From: Lama glama
Taxonomy: Eukaryota
Assembly (NCBI GenBank): GCA_028534125.1
Contig: CM052817.1
Coordinates: 97,652,001-97,716,000, forward strand
DNA length: 64,000 nt
Direction: 5' to 3'
In this document: in pieces, positions 50,571 through 64,000 of the stretch
Numbering within the stretch: the stretch's first letter is position 1
How the letters are laid out: every line of letters starts with the position of its first letter
Notes under the pieces: generated by a model
Told to the model about the DNA's origin: nothing
Databases searched by the model: none
Seen by the model: only the letters and a program-made list of their open reading frames with translations
Position numbers and translations under genes: made by a program

Positions 50571-53500
50571 TAAGCTATGAATAAATACTGTAAGAGATTC
50601 TTGAGTTAGCTATTTTTATCGCTGAAATGCAGCTGAAAGTACCCAGTATCAGGGAATCTCTTGCTGACTCTCCAATTTAGAACTGTCCCAGATTGCTAGG
50701 ATTTTGCTTTTAAAGTCCGAACGAAATGGCTTAGGTTGGTTTCTGAGGATGTCCTGTAAGGGAAATGAATTCTAAAGACTGGAAGAATGGTCTCTAATCT
50801 TACTGAAACCTAATCTTTGATAGATCTTTTGTATGTAACATTTTTAGAACTGAAGGATGTAGGCAAAGATATTCACTATGGACTTGAGAAAAATCAGGTT
50901 TATATTGTGCTGTTCTTGTAATTCAGCACAATTGCTTTATTCAAAGAGCTCAGCTTTGATCCTGATGACACTCTCAGTAAATGTGGATGATTCAATTCTT
51001 TCTGCTTAATCTCACCCAACCTAGCTGTAGGAGCCAGGATTAGACAGTTTTGTACTTATTTCTATCTCCAAGCAAGGAAATACATTTAATTAGTTTTCTT
51101 TCAAAAATTTCTCAGAACATGAGAATAAAAATAATAATAATGAGAAAAAATTCATAAAATATTTCAGTTTCTTTTCAGGTAAGATAAAAGGCTACTATTT
51201 ATAGGATAAATCATATAGTTTGTGAGACGTAAAAGTTGAATTTTCACAGCTAAGAGTTATTACTGTTTTATTATTTCCAGAAGGATTGAGTTTTTTTAAT
51301 GGGCTTGATTAAAATATCTGAATCCCAGACACTTAGTTTTGAGTAATACAGTTTGATGGAACTTTGACTAAGAGACGTCAAATGATTTGCCCAAAGGTTC
51401 CCCATCACACAGCCGGCTAACAGCAGAGTGGGCACTAGAACCCCAGGGCAGAACTTTCCGCCAATCTACTATGTAGCTTGCCTTATATATTTCTTTCCTT
51501 CTTAATTTCAGTTTAATTTTATGATTGCTGTTATTATTGGAATATAAATTCTGTTGTGTTTAATACCAAAAGGTAACCAAGAAGCCAGGCTAGTGTGGAA
51601 AGGTATAAATTCTGCTCTGGGGCATAAACTTGCCCTTTTGGCACCCAAGAAATACCTTTATATATATAATATGTGATATACGATTTTATGCATCTTCCAG
51701 ATTTTTTATAATGAGCGTACACTATTTTTCAATAAAGACTTAATTTTATAAAACATTATTAAAATTAAAAAAATTCATCATACATATATAACATAAAATA
51801 AATATAATATATATAATAAATATAATAATTTAGACTAGGGTCTGATTTTTATCCTTACAGGATATATTCTGTCATGTTTAGAATGTCATTTGTTATTTTT
51901 GATGTTTAGAAAAAACATATTAAAATAAGCTTTATGACTATTTCTCCTTTCTTTTTCTGATTCCTTTTGTAAAAAGAGTACTTGTCTAAATAAATCTGCT
52001 TGTTCTTCATATATTTAAAATCAGACCTTTCAAGAATTAAACATATGTAACAGCTTATTGTATTTTTTTTCCATTTGTGGTTTATATTTTCCCATATTTT
52101 ATCTATGATAGTTACACTTGACTTACCCAGTCAGGCTCTGCCTTTCTTTTTTGTGACTGTACAATCAAAGGACAGTTGAGGTTTAAACTATATTTAGGTT
52201 CTCCAGTTGTTTTCATTAATTTTCCAGAAGCTGAATTTTGAGCTCAAGTTAATTGGCTACCTTGGAACCCAACCTTCTATTTTATCATGGTGGAAGAGAG
52301 CATTCTTATTATAGAAAAATAATTCCTACCAGGCAGCAATTTGTATCCAAGAATGATCATGTTTCAAATACCATGAGTGGAAGCATTTTGCAGTGCTGAT
52401 CAATTTGGATAAATCTGGAAGAGAAAACAGAAATTTGTAAATTATCATGGGAAATAGAGTCTATAGATTGGTTGGAAGAAAGAAACAAAGACCAAAAGAG
52501 GAAGGAAATGATATTCTGGATAAGATAGTGTGGAATATCCTGGAGAGAGAAAAACATGCACCAAACTGCTAAAAAATCATGCTCCCTCTTGAAAGGAGCG
52601 TGAGTTGAGGTAAAATAACCTTGAATAGAGAATAAATGAAATGAAAGTCTATTAGCCCAGGAGCCCTGATTGTGGAAAGGAAAGACGGCAGTTTATCTCG
52701 AATCAAGTTGAACTAATTACAAAAACATCCCTTAAAGAGGGAATTTCTTGCATCCAGAATCTCTCTTGAGAAGGAGTCAGGATATGATACATACAGAGTA
52801 TGAGGAAACATGGGAATCTGTTCAACCTGAACAGAGGAGCAAACATAAATTAAGATCTCATAGGCTAGCCCAGGGATGGACATAACCCCAGAGGTCATGG
52901 TGGGTGTAAAATGAGTTTGATGTGTTAGATAACCCCAGGACTTTTCCTGTCTAGACACAGTCTATCTAGTGTGTATGAAACGTTCATTATGGCATGTTAT
53001 TTGTTCATGTTCTGTCTATGTTCAGTCCTTCCTGGTCTGTCCTCCTCTCCCTCGCTGGATTCTGCTGGATTCTTTTGAGGAGGGACTATACAATGTCCAT
53101 TGTTTTATACCCTGACCACACCACTTACAATTGCACCCCCACCCCATCCACTATCCAGCATTCCTAAACCCTCTACCCTGCTCCATTTTGATTCCCTCGA
53201 GTTTATCATAAGCTAACATGGTCTATAATTCACTTATATATTATGTTTAAGTTATTATCTGTCTCCTTCTCCTGGAATGTGAACCCCATGAGGACAGATT
53301 ATTGTCTCTTCTCTTTGTTTTTGTTTTCCAAAGGCTTACGAAAGTGACTGGGGGTTAGGAAATATTGAGTAACTAAGTGCCATCTAAATTGTTGCGTCCC
53401 TTGTTAAGTATCTTGGTTGGTGGCATGGGTTGTATGGTTCTGTCATTTTCCTTCCCTTGCAAGTAGAACTGCAAAGCCAAGTACTTAACTCAGCTGTCTC

Positions 53501-54750
53501 TCTTGTTTTTCGTGAGTTGGGAGCGATTACAATGGACATTGGCCTGAAAGGAGAGAAAGAGCATCGATTCAGGTGGGACTGACCTGTGATCGGGAAAGAC
53601 AGTCGCACAACTAAGAGGGCTTTCTGTTCTAGTCTGTCCTGACTCAGAGGGGCCCAGGATTTCTCTCAGTGTCCTGAGCTTATGCTTCTGAGACCTTGGT
53701 TCTAGATCTGTTCTGTCACTAATTTACTATGTGACATGGAACAAATCACCGTCTTATGTTCATTGGCTATCATATGGGGGTAATGATAGTTTGCTTTTTT
53801 TTCAATCTCACAGTTTTTCAACATAATCCTATATGAGACACATTAAAATACTTTTAAAAGTTTAAGATGCTATATATTCATAGAAACATTGCTACTATTA
53901 TTATTGAAGCTATTATTTTTTTTAAATCCTCTCCTTAAGATACCATATCATTGTGTGTAGAATAAGATTTTAAGGCATAGGGTATAATTTTTTTAGGTGA
54001 TACTGTTTACTTAATATCAATATGAAATATTTTGTGTTTGATAATATCAATCATTTTTGTAAAGCATGATTTTTTATTTTTTGGTAACTTCTTCATTTGG
54101 ATAGGAACATAAGTTACTCCATTGGCAATCAGTTTGTGATCACAGCTTTTGGCTGAGAAAATAGCAGATTCGAAGTGAGAAACCTAGTCCAGGTGGTACA
54201 GAGGGCCGGTGGGGAAGGCTGAGGCAGGCAGGGAGTGCTAATGAGGACTGAGTTTGTCAGGAACCAGCCCATCAGGTGCACGGGCCATAAAACAAGGCCG
54301 GGAGGGACACAGTGTTCCCGATGTCAGTAGTAAATCCGTATCAAATAAAGTGAACTGTTTGCTTATACTTGCCTATGTTCCGTCAGACCTTGGGCGCTGA
54401 GAACCAACTCAATTTAGAAATTAGCTCACCCAGAGGCTGTAGGGCAGAAAGAGTCAAAGTACAGACTGTTGCATCAAAATTGTGTTTAGTAACACAAAAC
54501 TCTCATGAAGTACTTGTATGGTGCTTTTTAAAACTTTCTCGTTTGAACAGAGTTGCCACTGCTTTCATTAGTGCTCTTTTAGCATAACGTTTGGGACAAA
54601 GTACTTACCTGATGAAATATACATATATTTATATATTCAGCTCTCTAACAAATCTGTGCTCTTAATTTTAATTTTTTATCAAAATTATACAAGGAAAATT
54701 GCTTAGCATCCCAAGGAGGCATTGACTACTGATTCTCATGGATATTTCAT

Positions 54751-54833
54751 GGGTTTTTTCCTTTTTTTCTTGAAGTACAGTTGATTTACAATGCTGTGTT
54801 AGTTTCAGGTGTACAGCATAGTGATTCAGTTAT

Positions 54834-54867
<34 letters not shown>

Positions 54868-55192
54868 TCATTTTCAGATTCTTTTCCATTATATGCTATT
54901 AGAAGAAATTGAATATAGTTGCCTGTGCTGTACAGTAGGTCCTTGTTTATCTGTTTTATATCCAGTAGTGTGTATCTGTTAATCCCAAACTCATAATTTA
55001 TCCCTCTTCTCCCTCCTTTCCCCTTTGGTAACCATAAGTTTATTTTCTATGTCTGTGAGTCTGTTTCTGTTCTGTAAATAAGTTCATTTGTGTCACTTTT
55101 TTTTTAGATCCACATATGAGTGATCTCATATGGTATTTGTCTTTCTCTGTCTGACTTACATCACTTAGTATGATTATCTCTAGATACATCCA
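54751..55192 (-). mobile_element. Short L1 3' end with internal (CA)13 and 11-bp TSD
   Basis: ttgaagtacagttgatttacaatg...tttcaggtgtacagcatagtgattcag, a cetartiodactyl-type L1 3'UTR. Direct repeat ggatatttcat at 54740-54750 and 55193-55203. Confidence 0.9.
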
Positions 55193-56122
55193 GGATATTT
55201 CATATTTTCAAAAAAAAAATGTTTTTATGTGGACTCTTTTCTACTCCCTTCTCTTCAGTGAAGATTGTTTCAAATAAAGCTGTCTGATAGAGAAACACAC
55301 GGTTGCTAGGGAGCCACAGTCACGATGGCTGATGTTACTAGGGGGGATACAGAGGTGAGTCTCTGATTATAGAAGAGAACCATTTTTCATTCTACTTGAG
55401 AGTGAGTCTTTATCTATGGATGACAAGCTCACTAACTCGGTGGGAATCAGACTTCAGAAATAAATATGAAATTTTAATATGTTTCCTCAGAGTGATGTAA
55501 ATCTAAAGACATTTCTTCAGGATGAATAGGGTTTATGCCCACCCACATCTCAGTGCAAATCTTTTGACAAGCTCTCTCAGGCCTTGACCTAACCACCTGA
55601 GTGGGATATGGAATCTCTGTCTAATATTTCTTCCATCTTCACATTTGGTTAAGTACAGACCAATAAACATTTACTGAGATCTACTCTGTGCTAGGCATTT
55701 TATTAGGGACTTTTAGTACATCTTCTCATTTAATCCTATAATCTTGATGCAAGGTGTTGTCATCTTAGTAAAAACTAGGGACTATTCTTGTCAGTGGAAA
55801 ATGTGGGATTTGAATTTTATTCAGTTTCACTAAGTTCTTTCTTTTAAAACATCTCTGCTAAGGAAGAATAGATTAAATACATATACATCGATTGCATGTA
55901 AACCAAAAAACCACCTGTGCTTTTTCTGTTAGTGTTACTACTACTTTTGGAAAATCTATAGGTGGGAAAGTTTAATGAAAGAATTTTAGGAGACTATTCT
56001 GGCTTTTGAAAAGAAAATGTGATAAACATTGCTTAGTTTTAAACCTTTAGATAATTTAGTTGGTGTCTTATTGTTTGGGCTTCCTATAGGATGTTAATGC
56101 CCACACAATTGAACTCAATTGC

Positions 56123-56674
56123 TTCATTCTTTTTATGGCTGAATAATATTCCATCATATATATCTATATGGATATACACACACACACACACACACATCAC
56201 ATCTTCTTTATCCAATCATCTGTTGATGGACATTTAGTTTGTTTCCATGTCTTGGCTCTTATGAAGAGTGCTGCTATGAACATTGAGGTGCATGTGTCTT
56301 TTTGAATTATAGTTTTCTGCAGATATATACCCAGGAGTGGGATTGCTGGATCATATGGTAACTCTGATTTTAGTTTTTTAAGGAACCTCCATACTGTCCT
56401 CCACAGTGTCTGTACCAATTTACATTCCCACCAACAGTGTAGGAAGTTTCCTTTTTCTCCACACCCTCTTCAGCATATATTACTTGTAGACTTTTTAATG
56501 ATGGTCATTCTTACTGGTGTGAGGTGATACCTTATTGTAGTTTTGATTTCATTTTTCTGATAATTAGTGATACAGAGCGTCTTTCATGTGCCTGTTTGCC
56601 ATCTGGATATCTTCTTTGGAGAAATGTCTATTTAGGTCTTCTGCCCGTCTTTTGATTGGGTTGTATTTTTTTTT
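56123..56674 (-). mobile_element. L1 ORF2 C-terminal fragment
   Basis: ORF 56197-56418 ([28 protein letters not shown]...KDTCTSMFIAALF...WKQTKCPSTDDWIKKM). Confidence 0.92.
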
Positions 56675-58111
56675 AACAAAAAACAGAAAAAAGCAGACAA
56701 AAAAAGCTTCCTGAGTAGATTCTTTGTGTACAACATTGTGCTAGGATGAGTAGGACTGTCGTTACAAAGCTTTCTTTAAAATGCAGTGGGTATATTAACA
56801 GATGGTAAAAGGAAAGCATTTTGAGTAGGAACCTTAAATGCTTCTATAATAATTGAGATTGGCAAACAGTCAATCTTATCAACAATATGTTTGCTCTCCC
56901 ATGTTAGATATCTTCAGTCTCCAGCATTCGAGAATTCTCTTGTGGAGTCCCATGGTCAAAGCCAAAGAGCATGGGCAACCTCTTCTGAGATTAAGGCATT
57001 TTCACTCACACTAGCATCTACTTATGAAATCTGAATGAGGGTGTACGGGATTGACTGATGGCCTTTAAGAAAAGGTTGTGGACTTACAAGAGAACAAGGC
57101 ATAAACCAAGCCGAGGAACAGAATTGGCACCCTATTGGCCTGAGAAGCCACATCTTGTAGCCCAAAATATCTTTTAGAAAGCAAAACTGGATTAAAAAAA
57201 GAGAAAGAAATGTTCTTGGAGAGCAAGCTGGGTGACCTGCGTGAGGTTTATTGAGGCAGTTATTGTGTCTGAGTCTTCAAACGTGCTGGAAAATTTTATG
57301 GTCACCACTAGGCACTTGCAGCCTGGTCAGTGGAGGTAGAAGGGGAAGGTTATTTAATGCTTCTGAATATGGATTTATTGCCTATGAGAATTAGGACTGA
57401 GAGTCTTTTCCAGGTAGTGCTTTTTCTGATATATTATTTTTTAAGCAGTTAAAAAAAGAAAGAAAATTCTCTTCCTCAGAAATACCTGTTTGTTGGTTAC
57501 TATTAAGGGGCAGGACATTTGATTAGGTGGACTAGTTCATGTACAGCAAATGCCACCCTACTTTAATAGAGGTTGCTAAGAAACAGTGTTTTGGGATTAC
57601 TACCATAATGGTTATCTACGAATTTAATACTGCCAGTCTCTTATCTTACAGAGGGTGTGGGCAAACCTTTAAATGACTCCAATTTTAGAGACCGTGGCGC
57701 TGGGCATTAGGCATCAGCCTTTGCAGGAGACCTGAGCCTCGCCCATAGACCAAGATCAGAGATTTATGTGAAAGGCAAGACTTGTGTCTCAAACCACTGG
57801 CTGCTCATAAAACATGACAATCAGGTAGAGCTGTGTGAGTTTTAAACATAGGAAGAGAAGGATGTATTCTTCCACACACTTTGTGATTTTATCTATAAGG
57901 CAGCTTTCCAGGAAAAATCTTATAAACAGGTGCAGTAAGATGACGTATCTAATGTAAGTTGTTCAGGGAAACAGCAATGTTAAAATCATCTATAAGTCTG
58001 CATTGTTCATTAATGAGCCAGTTTGTTGAGAAGGATTTGCTTGATCTAGTGAATCAAAATGGCCAAAGTATGTGTGTAAATTACCTGTGTTGATATATCT
58101 AGTGATTATAT

Positions 58112-58597
58112 TGTGAATGAAAATATTGCCTGCCATATCAGTAAACAAAGATGCTGCGGCCGTCAAGTCATCAGCTGCTCCTGCCACCCCTGACAGTGAG
58201 TGGAGGGAACTCAGGATGGAGATAAGCAGGCAGCCCAGCCTCTGCTGCCACCCACAACGGTGCCCCCTGAAGGAACTCAGGATGGGAAAGCACAGGATAC
58301 TGGCCCTAGAGAGCCAGGTGCATATCAAAAGAATGATTAAAGCCCAGACTTTTGCACCTTCCCGTACACAAAAAAGTGCTAAATTACTTAACTTGAGATA
58401 TCTGGTTTTCTTTAAATGTTCTGTCTACCTGGTCTTTGTTGCAAAAATTCATATATATTGTGGCTCCTCCCTTACCTCTTTGGAGCTGTCACACAGAGCT
58501 ATCTGAGAGGCAGCATTCTGGGCTTCAGTCCTCAGAAATGTGCCCTGAATAAGACATAATTCTCAACGTTTAGGTTGTGCACTTTTTCCAGTCGACA
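58112..58597 (+). mobile_element. Solo LTR, ERV1-type (486 bp)
   Basis: tgtgaatgaaaa...ttccagtcgaca termini. Perfect 4-bp TSD atat (58108-58111, 58598-58601). TATA-like catatata and a degenerate poly(A) signal aataag near 58548. Confidence 0.85.
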
Positions 58598-59778
58598 ATA
58601 TGTATACGTATAATTCCTAAAACATTCAGAAATTAGTAGGAAGCCTAGGACATGGTCTAATGTTGGCCTCCCTATGATACAGGGTACAGTCAGTTTTTTC
58701 ACACAACGTCTACTGAGTCCTTATTTTATGTCAGGCATTGCAGATGTGACTATGGATTAGATATGGGGAAAAACAACCCTCCTTTTAAAATGAAACATTT
58801 ACTAAAGCCAGCATTGCTATCGAGACAGATTGTGCAACACAACGTCGAGTGATTTGACCTTGGCAGCCATGTCGGCTACCATTACCTATTCTACTAGATA
58901 TTGGTCCATCAGAAAAGATCCAAGAGAACGGCATAGTTTTAGGTTACAATCATAACAAATTAAAAAACTGTTTCATAAATACTTACAACCTTCTTCGTTC
59001 TCCAGATACACACAAATGTTTGCTGTTACATTTTTTTCTTTTCTTTTTTTGTCCTTTAGCAGGCAGTGGCTACATTTGATTCAGCACTGCTTTACCAGAC
59101 TAAGCAAAGGTCTATTTGCCTTGCATGATATTAAATTAAATCTGTCTGAGAGATAAACAACTTAAATTTTAATGCTTCACATTCAAGAGTGCATCTGTGC
59201 TAATATTTAAATAATACAATACATCTATCTTTGAGACTCAGATTCCATGTCTTGGTCTTCTTTGGTTTTAGGCTTTTGCTGAAAGCTCTAAATTTATTTA
59301 AACCTCTTTTCCAGAAAGGTGAGAGTATTGCTCTAAACCTTGTTCAAGTAAAAAAAAAAATTGTGCAAACCTTATTTCAGATTCATCCACTGAGTTATTT
59401 ATTTTACCAGGTTAGATCAAGGCTTAGTCACAAAGGCAAATAATATAAAGCAATGTTACTTGTAATATTCTTTTAGTATATTTGATAGAAGTATAGAATG
59501 GCCACATCATCAAACGTGCACCTATACAGAAATTTGTTTCATGTCTTTCCTCACTTATTGGAATTACTTTGTTCCCCAAATCACTGAAGGTGAAGCAATA
59601 TTTCTAGGATTTCTGTATGAATATAGATATTTCTTTTTCACTCTTTGTATGTCAGATGAACAGTGGAGTGTAAATACATTTTCCTTTTCCATTTCCCCCT
59701 CTTTGTATGGGTATACATTGTTGCTGAACTGCCTCCTTCTTTATGGAGAGCTTGTTTTACATACATACCCTCTCTCTC

Positions 59779-59877
59779 CACACACACACACACAGACACA
59801 CAGACACACACACACACAGACACACACACACAGACACGCACACACAGACACGCACATGCACACACACGTACACTCAC
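59779..59877. repeat. Imperfect (CA)n/(CAGA)n repeat
   Basis: Directly visible. Confidence 0.92.
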
Positions 59878-60549
59878 ATTGCCCCATGAGAAGATACTTA
59901 GGAAAAAAAATTCAAGACTCAAACACTATTCTTTCCATTTTCTTGGGTAAGTTTCTAAACCTCAATGAACTTTGGTCTCTCTATTTGCAAAATGGAGTCA
60001 ATCATATCTACCTTTTTGGGGTTTTATGAAGATTCAGTTAATATGCAAAACAAATCCTGACAAATTGTGGGCAATAAAAAGTACCCACTCTTTTCTTCTT
60101 ATTGCTAATTGTTGAATATATTAGCAGGGCAAAGCAACCCATTCTTTACTTTTTCCCCATTAAGATCTAGGAGAAATGGTAAGACTTTATTTTACTTTTA
60201 ATGTATAAAGTTGCCCATAAGAAGGAACGGGATTCAGTGCTGGGAGATAACTGTGGTATTGTTTCATGTGTTTTCTTAGAAGTAACTGAAATATACTCAT
60301 TTGAAAGTTTATTCACCATAGAAACTATTCTATAGTTTGACAAATTATTTCAATGAATGTTGTTTTGAAATTTTGTGTTTTTTGGGAAAGTCTGTATACA
60401 ACCAAAATCCTTTTTTTTTAACCATGCAAATACTCAGTTCACAGTTATTCCAGAAGGATTTCCTGATGAATTTTAATATAACACAACTCCCAGATGTAGC
60501 AGTTTACAGCAAAACTTTGAAAAATTCTGTGAGTTTTAGGCATTTGTCT

Positions 60550-61076
60550 TAGATAGCGTCCGCTGATGGCCACCACCAGTTCCTTCCTTCTTTGCACACG
60601 AATGCTGCTCCTTGTGTCAAGAGATGGAGTCTAATTTCCATCCCCCTGAGTCTGGGCTGGGCTTAGTGATGAGTGTGACCAATAAAGTGGGCCAAGAGCG
60701 ATGCCCTGCAGCCCCTGAGCCTAGGCTATAAGAAGTTTCATGATCTTGTCGGATGCTTCCTCTCAGAATCAATCTGCCTTGCTGTGAGAAGTCCAAGACA
60801 CATGGAGAAGATGTGTAGGAAGTCCAGTTGACAGCCTGGCTTAGCCCCAGTTGTTAGCCATTATCCAGTGACCATCCATGAGAATGAGCCATCTTGGATG
60901 TCCAGCCCAGTCAAGGCTTCATATGGCTCTAGTCCCAGTGGCCACTGGAGTGCAACCGCATAAGAAACCCCAAGTTAAACCAATCACCCTATAGAACCAT
61001 AAGAAAAAACAATAAATTGTTTTAAGCCACCACATCCTGAGTAGTTTGTTAAGTAACAATATAGATAACCAGAACA
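60550..61076 (+). mobile_element. MLT1 (MaLR) solo LTR
   Basis: gatggccacca...tcaagagatggagtctaatttcc...gagtctgggctgg...gagccatcttggatgtccagcccagtcaag...aataaattgttttaagccac...atagataaccagaaca. Confidence 0.85.
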
Positions 61077-61622
61077 GCATAAGCAAATAACATGGTACTC
61101 AAACAAATACATTCACATGAAGATGGGGTATCTATCATATGAAACCTCAAAATAGTAAGTAATTTTTGCCCTTTCTCAGGCCCAAATCCTGTTTTTGATT
61201 TCAGTGTAATCAAGCTTCAAGAAACATAGTGAGTGTATGGTGTTAGATTTGAGGGGGAGAATTGAAATATAGCATTTTGGAGCTCTGAGCTTCATATGCA
61301 TCCATCTATTCATTTAAATATTGATTATGCAAAGCAATATGCCAGGTGCTGTGGGGGATAGAGGGATGAGTCAGAAAGCTGTGCCAATATTAGCATTTTG
61401 GAAGACCCTCCCTTTTCTCTCTGAAGACAATAAAACACGGTGTTCAAATTTCATGTGGGGTTTTCATTTGGTGTTCTCTTCAGCTTTCTTTCTTCCATTC
61501 TTTTGACCATTTTTTTTGAGATTGTTAGTTTCTTTGAGTGTTTGGAAAGTGAAAAAAGAAAAAAAAATCCTTAAGTTGAAGGAAAAAAATATTTTATATA
61601 CATAAGGACATGGTAATCTTTT

Positions 61623-61901
61623 AAAAAAAATTTTTTATTGAAATGTAGTTGATTTACAATGTAAATTTCAGGTATAAAACAAAGTAATTCAGTTATACAT
61701 ATACACATTATATATATTTTTTTCTTTTCAGATTCTTTTTCATTATATGTTATTACAAGGAATTGAATATAGTTCCCTGTGCTCTACAGTAGGTCCTTGT
61801 TGTTTATCTACTTTCTGTACAGTAATGTGTCTGTTAATCCCCAGCCTCTAATTTATCCCTCCCCACCCTTTCCCCTTTGGAAACTGTAGCTTTTTTTTTC
61901 A
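61623..61901 (-). mobile_element. Short L1 3' end with perfect TSD
   Basis: ttttttattgaaatgtagttgatttacaatg...aatttatccctccccaccc. Direct repeat aaggacatggtaatctttt(aa) at 61604-61624 and 61902-61922. Confidence 0.92.
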
Positions 61902-64000
61902 AAGGACATGGTAATCTTTTAAGAAAACAAACTAGTAATACTAGTAAGCGATCTAGAATTTTGGTGAAGATTTTTATTTTTTGGCTCCAATTTCTCTTGA
62001 CCCTATAATATTACTGTTTTCTCAGTGAGATTTATGTTCACGATCCTGTACAAATGACAGGACGGATAATAGAAGTCTTATTTGTAGCCCAGATGCTTTA
62101 AATGTGATAAACCAACTATTAATTGTTTTCAAGTATTGTGACTTTGTAACAACCTGGGCTTTGAAGGGAGAGGAACTGCACCCTATTTCTGATTCTGACA
62201 GTTACTATATTTTTTTTTACTTCAGGTAATTTTGAAAACACTCTAAGCCTAAGTTTCATTGTCTATAAAGTGAATATAAAAATGGTATTGATATCCAAAG
62301 GCTATTGTGAGTGTCAGCTGCAATTATGCACATAAAGTACTTGTAAGGGCTCTAGCATGTAGCAAGAGAACAAACGTTTTTCTGAGATTATGATCATGGG
62401 GAATTACATTTTCTAGGGTATGAAAAAAATGGTGATGCTGAGAGTTCAATGTAATTTTATTGAACTGAGCTTCCACACTCAGTGGGGCAATTAAAAATTG
62501 TCTATGCCTATTTACTTTTCCTAAGTGGTTTTAAAAATTAAAAATGATCACTTAAAAAACAATGCATGCTTTCTTTAAATGAAATTCCACATAGATGGAC
62601 CATCTGTTTAGTCAAAATGAGGGTGAGGGCCAGTCTTACTTTCTGCAGTGGTTCTCCTATGACAAAAACCTAATAGTTTAGCAAAGTCCATGCTAAAAAC
62701 TACCACACTTGGCTGATTTTTCCTATGTTTGCCGCTTGGTTTCTTTGTAGTCGTGCTTTGCCATGTGTGGTAAGCACTTGAAACTACATGTTATCCTAAA
62801 TGTCCAATGTCATTTCTTGCCTACCTGCAGAGGTTACAGCTTCTTACTCTGTCTCCCTAATCCTATCCTGTGCTTTTGCTATTCAGCCTCTTTGCTCCAG
62901 CTTGGGAGTGAAAGGATGTAAAGGGAATATAATTTAAGGGAAAAAAAACCTTAAAATGCCTTAATGTCTTATTGCAAATGTTTTATCTCAATTACAAAAT
63001 GAAATCCAATACGTTTCACCTTATTTGCTCAAGCAGACTGAGCTACATTTTCATCCCATCATTTTAAGTTTTAGAATTTGAGATTTCTCCAGATACATTC
63101 CAGGGAAGTGGGTGAAGGCATTGTCGGATGGTGAACACTGATGTTATTTCATTAACATATTTAGCCAAATCTTGATAAATCCGAATATACATTTCCTTAA
63201 ACCAAGAAGTTCCTTTCCTTGAATTCCTTTTCTGACTTCCAGAAATTTCCAGGGGTGTTGACTTGTGTTCATAAGATTTGCCTGGCTGTAGGTCTTCCTT
63301 TAGTCAGTCCAATCCAAACTTCACAGACTTAGAGTTGCTCCCCAGTTCTCCTGCCCTCAAGGCTTTGCCTCTGCTGTCACTGATGAGGCTGAGTGTCCCT
63401 TATATTTGGCATGAGGCGGCGGGGAAGGGGGCTCTTAAACCCTGCTCCTGAACCTGCGAAGTGTGAATAAAAACAGCTCTTGTGTGCTCTGGCGTAGGAA
63501 GGAGCTAAATGTTTGCTTGAACACATAAGTGCTAGAGTAGTTGGTGACAGCTCATGTAATGAAACAAAAATCAAATTATAAGAATATTTTTATTTTTATT
63601 TAAAAATTTGAAACAGTACAGACCCATATAGGTAAAAAAGGATGATCCCTCATTTTGTCCATTTTGTTCAAATCCTCTGTATATTTCTACTTCTTGTTTG
63701 TTTCTATATCATATATTTATTTACTTTTTATCAGAGATCTTAGAAGGAAAGGAGAGAGAATGAGGCAGAGGCAACACCTGGGAAGGTAATGAATGAAAAT
63801 ACACCAACTTTGCTTTGATTAGTGTTTTATGACATATCTTTACCCATACTTTCATTTTCAGTATTTCTGGGTTTTTTTCTGTTATGTTGTAACTCTTATA
63901 ATTAATATACAGTTAGAATTTTAAAAAATGTAGTCTGAAGTTTTTTTCCTTTGATTGAAATATGTCATGCATTTAGGTTTAGTGTAATTACTAATATTTC

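Noticed and set aside
58117..58506. 129-aa ATG-initiated ORF
   Set aside because: Lies entirely within a solo LTR and shows no gag/pol/env similarity.
59541..60029. 162-aa ORF with His/Thr repeats
   Set aside because: Translation of the (CA)n repeat plus MIR-like sequence.
1..64000. CRISPR array, NUMT, rRNA/snRNA copies, intact retroviral or transposase genes
   Set aside because: No regularly spaced repeats and no recognisable matches seen by eye. Weak or short hits could have been missed without a search.

Overview
This is AT-rich, CpG-poor mammalian genomic DNA, intergenic or deep intronic. I cannot support any intact protein-coding gene, intact RNA gene or CRISPR-like system. The only ORFs resembling known proteins are decayed LINE-1 ORF1/ORF2 pieces. 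Much of the window is interspersed repeat: a ~10 kb nested L1 cluster (18.1-28.7 kb), several younger L1 3' ends with target-site duplications (TSDs), two 5'-inverted (twin-primed) L1s, two solo ERV1-type LTRs with 4-bp TSDs, old MaLR/ERVL LTRs, MER20/MER5 DNA transposons, L2 and MIR relics, and microsatellites. The style of the L1 3' ends and the lack of any lineage-specific SINE suggest a cetartiodactyl, possibly a camelid (inference). The most interesting item is a tailless retrocopy of the 5' half of tRNA-Glu(CTC) with a perfect 17-bp TSD at 13386-13461. A probable poly(A)-only insertion lies at 49602-49641. Repeat family names come from recall of consensus sequences, not from a search, and boundaries of old repeats are approximate. 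I found no convincing undescribed biological system.
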